Assembly (NCBI GenBank): GCA_964013675.1
Contig: CAXGXE010000001.1
Coordinates: 5,411 to 69,410, forward strand
Direction: 5' to 3'
DNA from: an uncultured Verrucomicrobiales bacterium
GTDB taxonomy: Bacteria; Verrucomicrobiota; Verrucomicrobiia; Limisphaerales; UBA1100
Length of the DNA stretch: 64,000 bases
The translations under genes and the position numbers were made by a program. The notes beneath the pieces are model-generated. The model was not told the origin of the DNA and did no database searches. It saw only the letters and a list, made by a program, of their open reading frames with translations. This document shows positions 21,181-30,370 of this stretch, piece after piece (the stretch's first letter is position 1; every line of letters begins with the position of its first letter).

Positions 21181-22803
21181 ATGCTTCATCCTTTTTTTGC
21201 GCAAGCCGCTGAATCCATGTCCTACTGGCCGCTGGGAATTTTGTTGATCAGCGTGGCATTCATTCTGGTTTCTATTATCAAGCTCAAGCTGCATCCATTT
21301 TTGGCGCTCACTTTTGCCGCAATTTTAACGGGGCTTCTCACTGGTGATCTGCCAGGGATGACTCATGAAAATGTGGGCCTCTTTAAAGATCGCGTTGAGT
21401 TAAAGGAAACTCCGGACGATACCGGGAATGACTTGTTGCTGGCGGTGAAATGGTCATTCCTTGGGTTTGGAAACACCGCGGGTGGGATTGGTTTTATAGT
21501 CGCTTTGGCCGCCATTATTGGCGTGTGTATGCTGGGTAGCGGTGCGGCGGACCGGGTGGTACGCTGGTTACTTAGCGTGTTTGGGGAGGATCGTGCAGGG
21601 ATTGTTTTATTACTCAGTGGGTTTCTCCTCTCGATTCCGGTGTTCTTTGATACCGTTTTCTTTCTACTGATTCCCTTGGCCAGAGCCTTGAGCTTGCGAA
21701 CGGGAAAGAGCTATACACTCTTTGTGATGGCGATGGCCGGGGCCGGGGCCATTACACACTCAATGGTTCCCCCTACACCGGGGCCATTGATGATTGCCGA
21801 TGGTCTGAAATTGGACTTGGGCGTGGCAATGATGGCCGGTTTGGCGGCAAGTACTTTGCCAGCTTGGTTAGTGTTGTATCTAGCGAGGAAGTTCGATGAA
21901 AAATACGATCTGCCAATGCGCGAAGCATCGGGAGCTTCCACCAGTGAGTTAAAAACAATCGTTGAGAAAAAGGATTCCGAATTACCGAATTTGTTTATGG
22001 CGGCACTCCCGGTGGCAATGCCCGTTGTGCTGATTTCGTTGGTTTCGATTTTGAAACTGGTGGCTAAGGATACAGTTTCCGGTCAGGAATGGTTCAAGTA
22101 CCTTGAGTTCTTTGGGTCGCCAAACATCGCCATGCTGTTGGCTGCAATTGCAGCTGTTTACACACTGGCTGCTCAGTTGATTAAAGATAGCAAGGTCTCT
22201 GATGACGGGCTCATGAGCACAGTGAGCAAAGCCATGGAAGATCCATTGCAGACGGCTGGTGTGATTATTCTCATCACGGGCGCGGGGGGAGCGTTCGGAG
22301 GAATGATCCGAATGGCGGGTGTCGGAGAAACTATCGAGGGTTTGGCCACCAGTTATAACATCTCACTGATTCTTTTGGCATGGGGAGCAACGGCTGTCGT
22401 TCGAATCGCTCAAGGTTCGGCGACGGTGGCGATGATTACCGGAGTGGGGTTAATGAGTTCGGTAATCGGAGACGGGTCCAGTTTACCGTATCATAGCTTC
22501 TATATCTTTTTGGCTATTGGCTTTGGGTCGATCACACTCTCATGGATGAACGACAGCGGATTTTGGGTTGTACAAAGGTTGAGCGGGTTTACAGAGAAAG
22601 AAACACTCAAAACTTGGAGCGTGATGTTGACGGCCATTAGCCTCCTGGGACTAATTCAAATTATGATTTTCTCCACTCTGTTCCCGATGAAACCAGGAGC
22701 GGCGGCGGCGAAACCGGAGAAGACGGCGATGGTTAGTTCAGTTGAAGGGTGGGCTTCGCCGGAAAATCATCCACCTCTGCTTCCTCAGCAAAAATCACGG
22801 TAA
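21181..22803 (+). CDS. GntP family permease (gluconate:H+ symporter family)
   Basis: 540-aa polytopic membrane protein with GntP-like segments (GSGAADRVV..., ITGAGGAFGGMI, RIAQGSATVAMIT). Confidence 0.8.
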   Translation: MLHPFFAQAAESMSYWPLGILLISVAFILVSIIKLKLHPFLALTFAAILTGLLTGDLPGMTHENVGLFKDRVELKETPDDTGNDLLLAVKWSFLGFGNTAGGIGFIVALAAIIGVCMLGSGAADRVVRWLLSVFGEDRAGIVLLLSGFLLSIPVFFDTVFFLLIPLARALSLRTGKSYTLFVMAMAGAGAITHSMVPPTPGPLMIADGLKLDLGVAMMAGLAASTLPAWLVLYLARKFDEKYDLPMREASGASTSELKTIVEKKDSELPNLFMAALPVAMPVVLISLVSILKLVAKDTVSGQEWFKYLEFFGSPNIAMLLAAIAAVYTLAAQLIKDSKVSDDGLMSTVSKAMEDPLQTAGVIILITGAGGAFGGMIRMAGVGETIEGLATSYNISLILLAWGATAVVRIAQGSATVAMITGVGLMSSVIGDGSSLPYHSFYIFLAIGFGSITLSWMNDSGFWVVQRLSGFTEKETLKTWSVMLTAISLLGLIQIMIFSTLFPMKPGAAAAKPEKTAMVSSVEGWASPENHPPLLPQQKSR

Positions 22804-23545
22804 CGGTCCGGAATCGGTCTTCGCGCCAGTGATCTTCCTTCATGAGCCATTGGCGGACGAACTCCGCCACGGTCTTGCGGGCGTGTTCACGGACGAGGTT
22901 CAAGTGGGAATCGGATGAGGCGTGTGAGGTCAGGCGAGGCGTGATGGATTGCATGAGTCCGTCCATTTGTTCATCGGCATTGAATCGAGCCCAGCCGTTC
23001 TCTGAGCGTTTTTCAATTTTATCGGTGTGAATGGCTACGGGAGTGGTGGGTAAAAGCATAGGGGCAATGACGATGCATTGTTGATCGCGCACTTCGATTT
23101 TCCATTCAGCCGATAGATCAATGTGATAGCGGAAAGTTGCGGGCACCTTGATCTCAGTGACGGTGGTGCCTAGGTTGATTTTATTCCACAGAATGGTGCG
23201 AGTGTTGGAGCGCTTGAAGACCTTGGTGTTTTCCAGTGTGGCAACTTCCAAGCGGCCTTCGCCGGCATCGCTAACTTCGGGCAGGGATTCGATAAAAGTT
23301 TCAGTAATTTTTGCCTGCTGGAAATTTTCGGCAATGGTTACAGCCGCTTCGCCGATCTCGGCAATGGTTTCGCGGGTTTCACGAATGGTGCCAGCAGCGG
23401 CGTCTTTGGCGGTTTTAAGGGAAACGATGTAGGCTACGAGCACCATCATGGCGAGGACGACCACCACGATGGGCCAGCGCCAGGCGGCTGCGGAGACGGG
23501 AGTGGATTGCGACTGCGGTTCGGGCTTGGGGTTTTCCGATTCCAT
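22733..23545 (-). CDS. membrane-anchored protein, DUF4230-like
   Basis: Single N-terminal TM, then a domain whose layout (beta-rich core ...VPATFRYHIDLSAEWKIEV..., C-terminal helices) resembles DUF4230. Assignment by architecture only. Confidence 0.45.
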   Translation of the reverse strand: MESENPKPEPQSQSTPVSAAAWRWPIVVVVLAMMVLVAYIVSLKTAKDAAAGTIRETRETIAEIGEAAVTIAENFQQAKITETFIESLPEVSDAGEGRLEVATLENTKVFKRSNTRTILWNKINLGTTVTEIKVPATFRYHIDLSAEWKIEVRDQQCIVIAPMLLPTTPVAIHTDKIEKRSENGWARFNADEQMDGLMQSITPRLTSHASSDSHLNLVREHARKTVAEFVRQWLMKEDHWREDRFRTVTVIFAEEAEVDDFPAKPTLQLN

Positions 23546-23621
23546 GTAATAACCATATCAAGCTTTGCGAACTTTGGCGAGATTTGTGTAACGGGATTAA
23601 TGCGTTCACGTCTTTATAGAT

Positions 23622-24359
23622 ATGATCACGGGCAGGAGTTTTTCCGTCCGGAAACGTCTGCGGGCGTTTACTCTCACGGAGTTATTGGTGGCCATTGCCT
23701 TGGTGGGCATTTTGTTTTCCATGATGGCACCAGTGTTGGCCCGAGCCAAAGGTAAGGCTTTTGAGGTTTATAGTCTCAATAATCTCCGCAATATATCGCT
23801 GGCCCAGCAGCTTTTTGCCTTAGACCATGATGACCGATTAGTGCCCCACGCAATTTTACGACCGCCGGCACAGGGCGCCGTGATTCCTAACGCGCACCTC
23901 ACCTTATGGCCGGATTTATTGGAGAGCTACGTGGGGGATCGTCGAGTCTACCAAAGCCCTTGTATGAAGTGTGATCCGGACCGTGGGATTGGATATGGCA
24001 TGAATCTTTCAGTGGCTGGAGCGTTTGCTGTGGAAACAGAGTCGGATGGAGCGCATTCAACTGAAATAAGAAACCCGGCTCAAACCATTCTGTTTGCGGA
24101 TGCGGCATTTGTAACCCGCGATACGATGTATCGGCCCGCGAATGAGTGGGAGGAAGATGTCAGCCGTCCGATGGGCACTTGGACGATTCGGACGCCGCCG
24201 GACCCATTATGGAACCTGGCACCCACACGGGTAATGCCGCGAAATGGTGGTCGTGCTAATGTGGCTTTTGTGGATGGCCATGTGGAATCGCTTACGATTC
24301 CGCAGTTGGGTTTTGATAAGCCGGTGGGGCATCCGTTGAACTGGTGGGATCGATATTAA
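23622..24359 (+). CDS. prepilin-type N-terminal cleavage/methylation domain protein (H-X9-DG family)
   Basis: N-terminal AFTLTELLVAIALVGILFSMM and C-terminal NVAFVDGHVESL (H-X9-DG-type motif). Confidence 0.85.
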   Translation: MITGRSFSVRKRLRAFTLTELLVAIALVGILFSMMAPVLARAKGKAFEVYSLNNLRNISLAQQLFALDHDDRLVPHAILRPPAQGAVIPNAHLTLWPDLLESYVGDRRVYQSPCMKCDPDRGIGYGMNLSVAGAFAVETESDGAHSTEIRNPAQTILFADAAFVTRDTMYRPANEWEEDVSRPMGTWTIRTPPDPLWNLAPTRVMPRNGGRANVAFVDGHVESLTIPQLGFDKPVGHPLNWWDRY

Positions 24360-25126
24360 TCGGTCCAGCGGCGGCCGAAGATGATTTCGGTGCCGTCGGG
24401 CCATTGTTCCTGCGGCTCAAATGCGGCGATAGCATGGGCGCGATCCAATCTATATCGTAGGGTCTCCACCGGCTTGCTGGTGGCGTAAAGGATTTCGTAG
24501 CGCACCTCTGGCCCCGCCTCCACGCAGCCGACAAAGAACCGGCCGGCATCGGCCGGACTGAGGTAGACATCCTGATAAATGGTTTCGTCGGCAATCTCGC
24601 GCACCTGCCCTTCATCACGGGGGCACCAGCCCAGTCGAGCGATGATGACACTCATGCCGTACGTGACTGAGTAACTGTGCCCGATGCTTTCCAAAAACAT
24701 CTTGGTGGCTGCGTACCAGCCTTTGGGTGAGACGGGCACGGTTTCATCGAGCGGCCAGGGGCCTTCGAAATTGCGAAACCAATTCACCTGACCGCTGCTG
24801 GGTAGCACGAGCCGTTGCACGCCGGCTTCGCGTGCGAGTTCCAGAGTGTGATACAGTCCCGTGATGTTTGGCGGAAATAGATTGTTCACCGGATCCTCCA
24901 CGTCATCGGGCGTGGCGGCCAAATGCACGAGCGCCTCGACGCCGCCCAGCGCGGCCTTGAGCGCCTCAAGATCACTGAGATCGGCCACGGTTGCTTCCGG
25001 CAATCCGGGCGAGGGCGCGCGGTCGAAGCCCCGTACGGAATGGCCACGCTCCAGTAATCCCTGCACCGCTGCCTGTCCCACGCGTCCGGCTGAGCCGGTG
25101 ACCAAAACTGTTTTTGGATCGCTCAT
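24356..25126 (-). CDS. NAD-dependent epimerase/dehydratase family protein
   Basis: Rossmann motif VLVTGSAGRVGQAAV directly after the chosen Met (MSDPKT) and a YxxxK-type segment (YAATK). Confidence 0.8.
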   Translation of the reverse strand: MSDPKTVLVTGSAGRVGQAAVQGLLERGHSVRGFDRAPSPGLPEATVADLSDLEALKAALGGVEALVHLAATPDDVEDPVNNLFPPNITGLYHTLELAREAGVQRLVLPSSGQVNWFRNFEGPWPLDETVPVSPKGWYAATKMFLESIGHSYSVTYGMSVIIARLGWCPRDEGQVREIADETIYQDVYLSPADAGRFFVGCVEAGPEVRYEILYATSKPVETLRYRLDRAHAIAAFEPQEQWPDGTEIIFGRRWTD

Positions 25127-25200
25127 GCGCGGAGTGTTCCACAAGCGTCTTCGTCCGCCAAATCATTTGCCATCAGGCGGGATCGTGGCACAGTGGGCGC

Positions 25201-26130
25201 ATGCAACGGTTCTTGATCTGCAGTTTGATTCTGGTCGTCACCGGTCTGTTGGCCCAACCAAAAAAAACCTGGCCGGCTCAGCTTAAGGGTGCGGAGAGGG
25301 TGGTGTACAAGACGGTGGGCGATACCCAACTGCACCTGCATATTTTCCGCCCGACCAAACAACGAACGAAGGCGCCGGCGGTCGTGTTCTTTTTTGGCGG
25401 TGGCTGGAGAAGCGGTACGCCGGCGCAGTTCGAGCAGCAATGCCGGTATCTCGCCAGTCGGGGCATGGTGGCTATGACCGCGGAGTATCGGATACGCAAT
25501 ATGCATGGCACGCTGGCGACGGCCTGTGTGGCGGACGGCAAAAGCGCCGTGCGCTGGATTCGGGCGAATGCCGGCAAGCTTGGCGTGGATCCGGACCGCA
25601 TCGCGGCGGGTGGCGGTTCAGCAGGAGGTCATGTGGCCGCATGCACGGGAGTCATCGACGGTTTTGAGTCTAAGGACGAAGATGATAAGATAAGTTCAGC
25701 GCCCAACGCTATGGTGCTCTTCAACCCGCCCTGCGTGCTGGCGCCGATTCCCGGGAGAAATGATTTTTTGAACGCGGATAACATAACCGCGCTTAAGGAA
25801 CGCATGGGAGCAGAGCCGATGGATCTGTCTCCATGGCATCAGATAAAGAAAGGGCAACCACCCACTCTTGTTTTACACGGCGAAAAAGATCCCACGGTGA
25901 AATTCTGGACGGCCAAAGTGTTTGCCGGAAAATCTACCGCGGCCGGTAACCAAACGGAGCTAGCGGCATACCCGGGCGAATCACATGGGTTTTTCAACTA
26001 CGGCCGCGGCGGCAACAAGATGTTCATTGCCACGATGCAGCGGACCGATGCGTTCTTCAAACAACTCGGCTGGCTGCGCGGCAAGCCGACGATTGAGCAG
26101 TTTACTGCCGGTCTTTCCAAGGGCCGGTGA
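25201..26130 (+). CDS. alpha/beta hydrolase (esterase/lipase type), secreted
   Basis: Signal peptide from MQRFLICSLILVV, oxyanion FFFGGGW, nucleophile elbow GGSAGG, and HGEKD near the C-terminus. I trimmed the listed ORF by 29 aa. Confidence 0.75.
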   Translation: MQRFLICSLILVVTGLLAQPKKTWPAQLKGAERVVYKTVGDTQLHLHIFRPTKQRTKAPAVVFFFGGGWRSGTPAQFEQQCRYLASRGMVAMTAEYRIRNMHGTLATACVADGKSAVRWIRANAGKLGVDPDRIAAGGGSAGGHVAACTGVIDGFESKDEDDKISSAPNAMVLFNPPCVLAPIPGRNDFLNADNITALKERMGAEPMDLSPWHQIKKGQPPTLVLHGEKDPTVKFWTAKVFAGKSTAAGNQTELAAYPGESHGFFNYGRGGNKMFIATMQRTDAFFKQLGWLRGKPTIEQFTAGLSKGR

Positions 26131-27460
26131 TGGCCAGAGTGAGTGCCTGATGCTGGATGTTCACGAAGAGCGTGGAGCCATCGGGTGAGAAGGTGGCCCC
26201 GGCAAATTCACTGTTGCTCTTGGCGTTGCGGCCAAGCTTGTAAAAGCGGCCGGCGGGCGTGATACCCACGAGAAATTGTTCGCCGCCACCGTCCTCGCAC
26301 AACACCACATCGCCCCAAGGGGCCACGGTGAGGTTGTCGCAGTTATCGCACAGATCCTTGTCGTTCGGCTCGGCAAACAACTCGAGGGTGTCGCCGGTGA
26401 GTTTCCAGACTTGCCCCGCTTTTTTGGCGCCGCCATTGGTGCAGGCAAAATAGATTGAGCCTTCGGCGTACCACATGCCTTCGCCGCGGGCGAACCGGGC
26501 GGCACCCTTGGCAAAGCCGCGCTGGCGCAGGTCGTCTTTGGGTGACTCTACCTTATCCATCTCGAGCCAACGCGCGGTCAGTTTTTCCCCGACTTGCACG
26601 CGTTGCTCTTCCCAGTTGCGAGTATCCAACGCTGCGGCGTCCACCACCACCAGCGCTTGTAGTTTGCCGCCGCGGGCAAGTTGACCTTTGACGGTGGGAA
26701 TGAACCGGTAGAGCAGTCCATCATGACGATCTTCGGTTTGATAAACGATGCCGGTCTTGGGATCAACCGCAATGGCCTCGTGATTAAACCGTCCCATCGC
26801 CTTAAGCGCTACAGCCTTGGCCAGATGCGGTTTGGCGGTGGCCGGCACTTCAAAGTTATAACCATGATCTAGCGAGCACACTTTACCGGCGCGTTCGACC
26901 GTTTCCTCGCAGGTGATCCAACTGCCCCACGGTGTGAGTCCGCCGGCGCAGTTGCGCAGAGTGCCGGAGAGGCTGAGGAATTGCTGCACCGTACGTTGGC
27001 GCTGAGTATCGTATACTAGGGTGGTAGTACCACCGAGGCAGGGCACGCGGGCACCTAAATTGGGGCGTTCGCCGGGGTCGTACAATTTGGCGCGAATCGC
27101 GTCGGTGAGCTTATTGTTGTCCTTGCCAAAGGGGCCTGTGGTGGGTGTCACGGCCGGATTGATCTCGTGGTTGCGCACCAGAATCGTCGTGCCCTTGGGG
27201 CCAGGGAAGGCGGCCATTCCGTCTGGTTTTCCAGGCACAACCAGGCCGTCATTCATCATTTGACCAGCTTCAGAAATGATACGGTAGCGGAAGCCCTTGG
27301 GTAGTTCTAGAATCTGGTCCGGGTCAGGCTGCAATTCGCCGTAGCCTTCGGTAAGTAGGGCGTTCTTGTCGGATTGGTACGCGCTGAGGGTTTGCAACCC
27401 GCCAAAACCAGCGGCGACTGCAGCGGAGTGTTTCAGAAAATCGCGGCGTGAAAATTTCAT
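26102..27460 (-). CDS. PhoX-like / DUF839 beta-propeller protein with Tat signal
   Basis: Twin-arginine signal MKFSRRDFLKHSAAVAAGFGG. The NCAGGLTPWGSWITCEE motif is characteristic of PhoX/DUF839. Confidence 0.8.
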   Translation of the reverse strand: MKFSRRDFLKHSAAVAAGFGGLQTLSAYQSDKNALLTEGYGELQPDPDQILELPKGFRYRIISEAGQMMNDGLVVPGKPDGMAAFPGPKGTTILVRNHEINPAVTPTTGPFGKDNNKLTDAIRAKLYDPGERPNLGARVPCLGGTTTLVYDTQRQRTVQQFLSLSGTLRNCAGGLTPWGSWITCEETVERAGKVCSLDHGYNFEVPATAKPHLAKAVALKAMGRFNHEAIAVDPKTGIVYQTEDRHDGLLYRFIPTVKGQLARGGKLQALVVVDAAALDTRNWEEQRVQVGEKLTARWLEMDKVESPKDDLRQRGFAKGAARFARGEGMWYAEGSIYFACTNGGAKKAGQVWKLTGDTLELFAEPNDKDLCDNCDNLTVAPWGDVVLCEDGGGEQFLVGITPAGRFYKLGRNAKSNSEFAGATFSPDGSTLFVNIQHQALTLAITGPWKDRQ

Positions 27461-27566
27461 GACATGAACGTCCCCCAATTGCTATGCAAAGTCAAAAGGC
27501 TTTCGTGGCACCCCCACTCAATCTGGCAATCAGCAGGCTTGGGTGACTCCTACAGCGGTTGTAGGG

Positions 27567-28997
27567 TTAGGGTTTGATCTTTTTCAGTACAGGATCCTTC
27601 ACGGCCTTCATACGGGTAAGGATTTGGGTGTGGAGTTCCCTGACGACGACGGCGTTTTTCTTTTGGCCGATCACATTGCGTGATTCGGCTGGATCATTTT
27701 TCAAATCAAACAACTCATCACGTTCTGGATTCAGGAAATCGCGGACCAATTTCCAATTGGATGTGCGGATCATGCGCATGTGGGTTTTGGACTGGTGATG
27801 GGTGCTGTATTCGCCATAGCAGACATCCGGCCATTCGATTTCCTTGCCCATGAGCGCGGGCGTGATGTCTCGGCCACGGATAGTCTCGCCTTTGGGCAAC
27901 GGCACGCCGGTGAGGTTGAGTAGGGTAGGGTACCAATCGAGATTGGCCACAGGTAAATCCAATGTGGAGTTGGGCGCAATCTTACCCGGCCATCGGACGG
28001 CGGTGGGCACGAAGATCGAATTGTCGTACATGTTCGGCCGTTGGTTGCGCGGAATGTTCGGGTTGGTTACAGCAGGCGCGGGCTTGAGAGCCCAGTGCCC
28101 GTTGCCTTTGTGCCAGATGCCGTTGTGGCCCATGCTGTAGCCGTGGTCGCTCGTGAAGACTACGATGGTATTTTCGGCGAGTTGGAGCTGATCCAAATGT
28201 TTCAAGACACGTCCCACGTTGCGGTCTATGCCCTTTACACTGCCGAGATAATCGCGCGTCATGCGTTTTACACGTTCGACATCGAGGTTGGGGAAATCCG
28301 GGTTGGGGATTTTTGGGTCCAGATTTTCAAACGGCTTCCGGTCGCTATCCGGCTGCGGTAACCACGCGGTGTGTGGGGCGCGGTAATGGAGACAAAGTAA
28401 AAACGTGCGATCTTTGTTGCGGTCGATAAACCGCAGGGCGTCGTCGGTGAGGATATCGTAGGTGTAGCCATCGACCTGCTGATCTTTGCCATTCACCTCG
28501 AGTGTGGGGCGGATGACCTTGTTGCCGCCGGTGCGGAAACCCATGAAATAATCGAAACCGGTCTCGGTGGGGTGAAACTTGTCCGGCACGCCCAGGTGCC
28601 ATTTGCCCACCAGCCCAGTGCGGTAGCCGGCGGACTGCATGGCCTCGGTCCAGGTCACGGTTTTAGGGTTCAGGCCCAGGTCGGGTTCATTGCGCGGATG
28701 AATCCAGTCCGTGACGCCCAGCTCACTGCCGTAACGGCTGGTCATCAGGCTGGTGCGAGATGGACTACAAACGGGGGTGACGACGTACGATTTCTTGAGC
28801 CACATGCCCTGCTTGAATAGCTTGTCGAGATGGGGTGTGTCGGCGTGTGGATGCCCAGAAAGGCCGAGCGCCCAGGGTGCCTGATCGTCCGTCAGGATGA
28901 ACACCACATTGGGTTTTTGAAACTCGGGACCTTTGGCTGAAACCAGCGAGCCGAGTATCATTCCAAATACGAGTAGAAAACGAACAGTCCATTGCAT
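27567..28997 (-). CDS. sulfatase (arylsulfatase A family)
   Basis: Signal peptide, formylglycine motif CSPSRTSLMT, and the conserved TSDHG and GKWH segments. Confidence 0.9.
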   Translation of the reverse strand: MQWTVRFLLVFGMILGSLVSAKGPEFQKPNVVFILTDDQAPWALGLSGHPHADTPHLDKLFKQGMWLKKSYVVTPVCSPSRTSLMTSRYGSELGVTDWIHPRNEPDLGLNPKTVTWTEAMQSAGYRTGLVGKWHLGVPDKFHPTETGFDYFMGFRTGGNKVIRPTLEVNGKDQQVDGYTYDILTDDALRFIDRNKDRTFLLCLHYRAPHTAWLPQPDSDRKPFENLDPKIPNPDFPNLDVERVKRMTRDYLGSVKGIDRNVGRVLKHLDQLQLAENTIVVFTSDHGYSMGHNGIWHKGNGHWALKPAPAVTNPNIPRNQRPNMYDNSIFVPTAVRWPGKIAPNSTLDLPVANLDWYPTLLNLTGVPLPKGETIRGRDITPALMGKEIEWPDVCYGEYSTHHQSKTHMRMIRTSNWKLVRDFLNPERDELFDLKNDPAESRNVIGQKKNAVVVRELHTQILTRMKAVKDPVLKKIKP

Positions 28998-29067
28998 GCC
29001 GCGATGCTACGGCGGGTAGGGAGGGGTGACAACTGCGGAGTGAGAGGGGAGCACCTCCTTCCCCTGC

Positions 29068-30369
29068 TTAGGCCGGGGTCATCAGTTCCGGGACCAGGAT
29101 GCCGTCGGTCAGGCCCATGGGGCGGCCGACGGGGGTCATCAGTTCCTTGAAAGTATCAATGCCCAGAGCATGCAGGAGCGTGGCGTGCACGTCTGCAACG
29201 CCGACGGCCTTGCCGGGTTCCTTGCTGACGCCTTCCGGATCAGTTTCGCCATGCACATAACCGCGCCGGATTCCGCCGCCGGCGAGGGCGATCGAAAAGC
29301 CTGTGGGCCAATGATCCCGACCATCGGCGGCGTTGATCTTGGGCGTGCGCCCGAATTCGCCGGCGCAGACCACGAGGGTATCTTTCAGGCGATCGCGCGC
29401 GCGCAATTCGCGGATTAGACCGGCGAGAGCGGGGTCCAAAATGGCGTTTTGCTCGGCCACAAAGGCGTGGTTATTGGCGTGGGTATCCCAGCCATTGAGG
29501 GTGACCTCCACACAACGGACACCGGTCTCGATGAGCTGCACGGCGGCTAGGCAGGCGTTGCCAAAAGGAGTTTTACCGAAACCATCGCGCGTGGCGGCCG
29601 GTGCCTGCGTGACATCGAATGCTCTGATTTGGTCTGAACGCATCATGCGTAGGGCCTTGTCGATGGTGTGATTGTGCAGCGTGGTTTTCTCATCCAACTG
29701 CGGCCGGCGCCGGCGGGCGAAGTTTTGCTCCACGACTTGCAGATCTTCGACGCGCCGATCCAGTCGATCGGGTTTCACGCGTGCGGTGAGATTGCCGGCG
29801 CGACCTTCGGTATTGTAGACCTTGAAGGCATCCCATTGCGCACCGAGATAACCGCCACGGGCGGGCCATTGGTTGGGTAGAATGGAAATGTGTCGGGGAA
29901 TATCCACCTGTTGATCTTCCGGCCCGTTCAACTGATGACACACCACCGCGCCAATGGCCGGATGCACCAGCGTGGGATCGGGTCGATGCCCCGTCTTCAC
30001 GTGGTAGGTGCCGCGTTCGTGATCGCCTTCGCGGCTAACTACCGATCGCACCAGTGTCATCTCATCCATCACCTCGGCAGTCTGCGGCAGGCCGGCGGCA
30101 ATTCGGATGCCCTTGACCGCCGTACCGATGGCCTTTGTGCCGCCGGCAATTTTCTTACCGGGATGAGGGTCAAAGGTTTCTAGCTGGCTCGGTCCGCCGC
30201 CCATCCAAAGCATGATGATGGATTTGGCTGAGCCGCCCTTAGGCGCCTGCTCTTGCGCGCGACCGAGCCAATGAGCCACTGGCGTGAGCCACGTCAGACC
30301 GCTGAGGCCGGCGGTGCGAAGGAGGGTTCGGCGGGAAATGTGCGTGGAACTATTGCAGGCGGGATTCAT
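29068..30369 (-). CDS. DUF1501 domain-containing protein (sulfatase-fold, Tat-signal)
   Basis: ISRRTLLRTAGLSGL Tat-like signal after the Met at 30369. C-terminal GEFGRTP...GRDHW motif. The start lies 1 nt after the stop of the upstream DUF1549/DUF1553 gene. I discarded the 71-aa extension in the listed ORF. Confidence 0.85.
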   Translation of the reverse strand: MNPACNSSTHISRRTLLRTAGLSGLTWLTPVAHWLGRAQEQAPKGGSAKSIIMLWMGGGPSQLETFDPHPGKKIAGGTKAIGTAVKGIRIAAGLPQTAEVMDEMTLVRSVVSREGDHERGTYHVKTGHRPDPTLVHPAIGAVVCHQLNGPEDQQVDIPRHISILPNQWPARGGYLGAQWDAFKVYNTEGRAGNLTARVKPDRLDRRVEDLQVVEQNFARRRRPQLDEKTTLHNHTIDKALRMMRSDQIRAFDVTQAPAATRDGFGKTPFGNACLAAVQLIETGVRCVEVTLNGWDTHANNHAFVAEQNAILDPALAGLIRELRARDRLKDTLVVCAGEFGRTPKINAADGRDHWPTGFSIALAGGGIRRGYVHGETDPEGVSKEPGKAVGVADVHATLLHALGIDTFKELMTPVGRPMGLTDGILVPELMTPA

Positions 30370-30370
30370 G

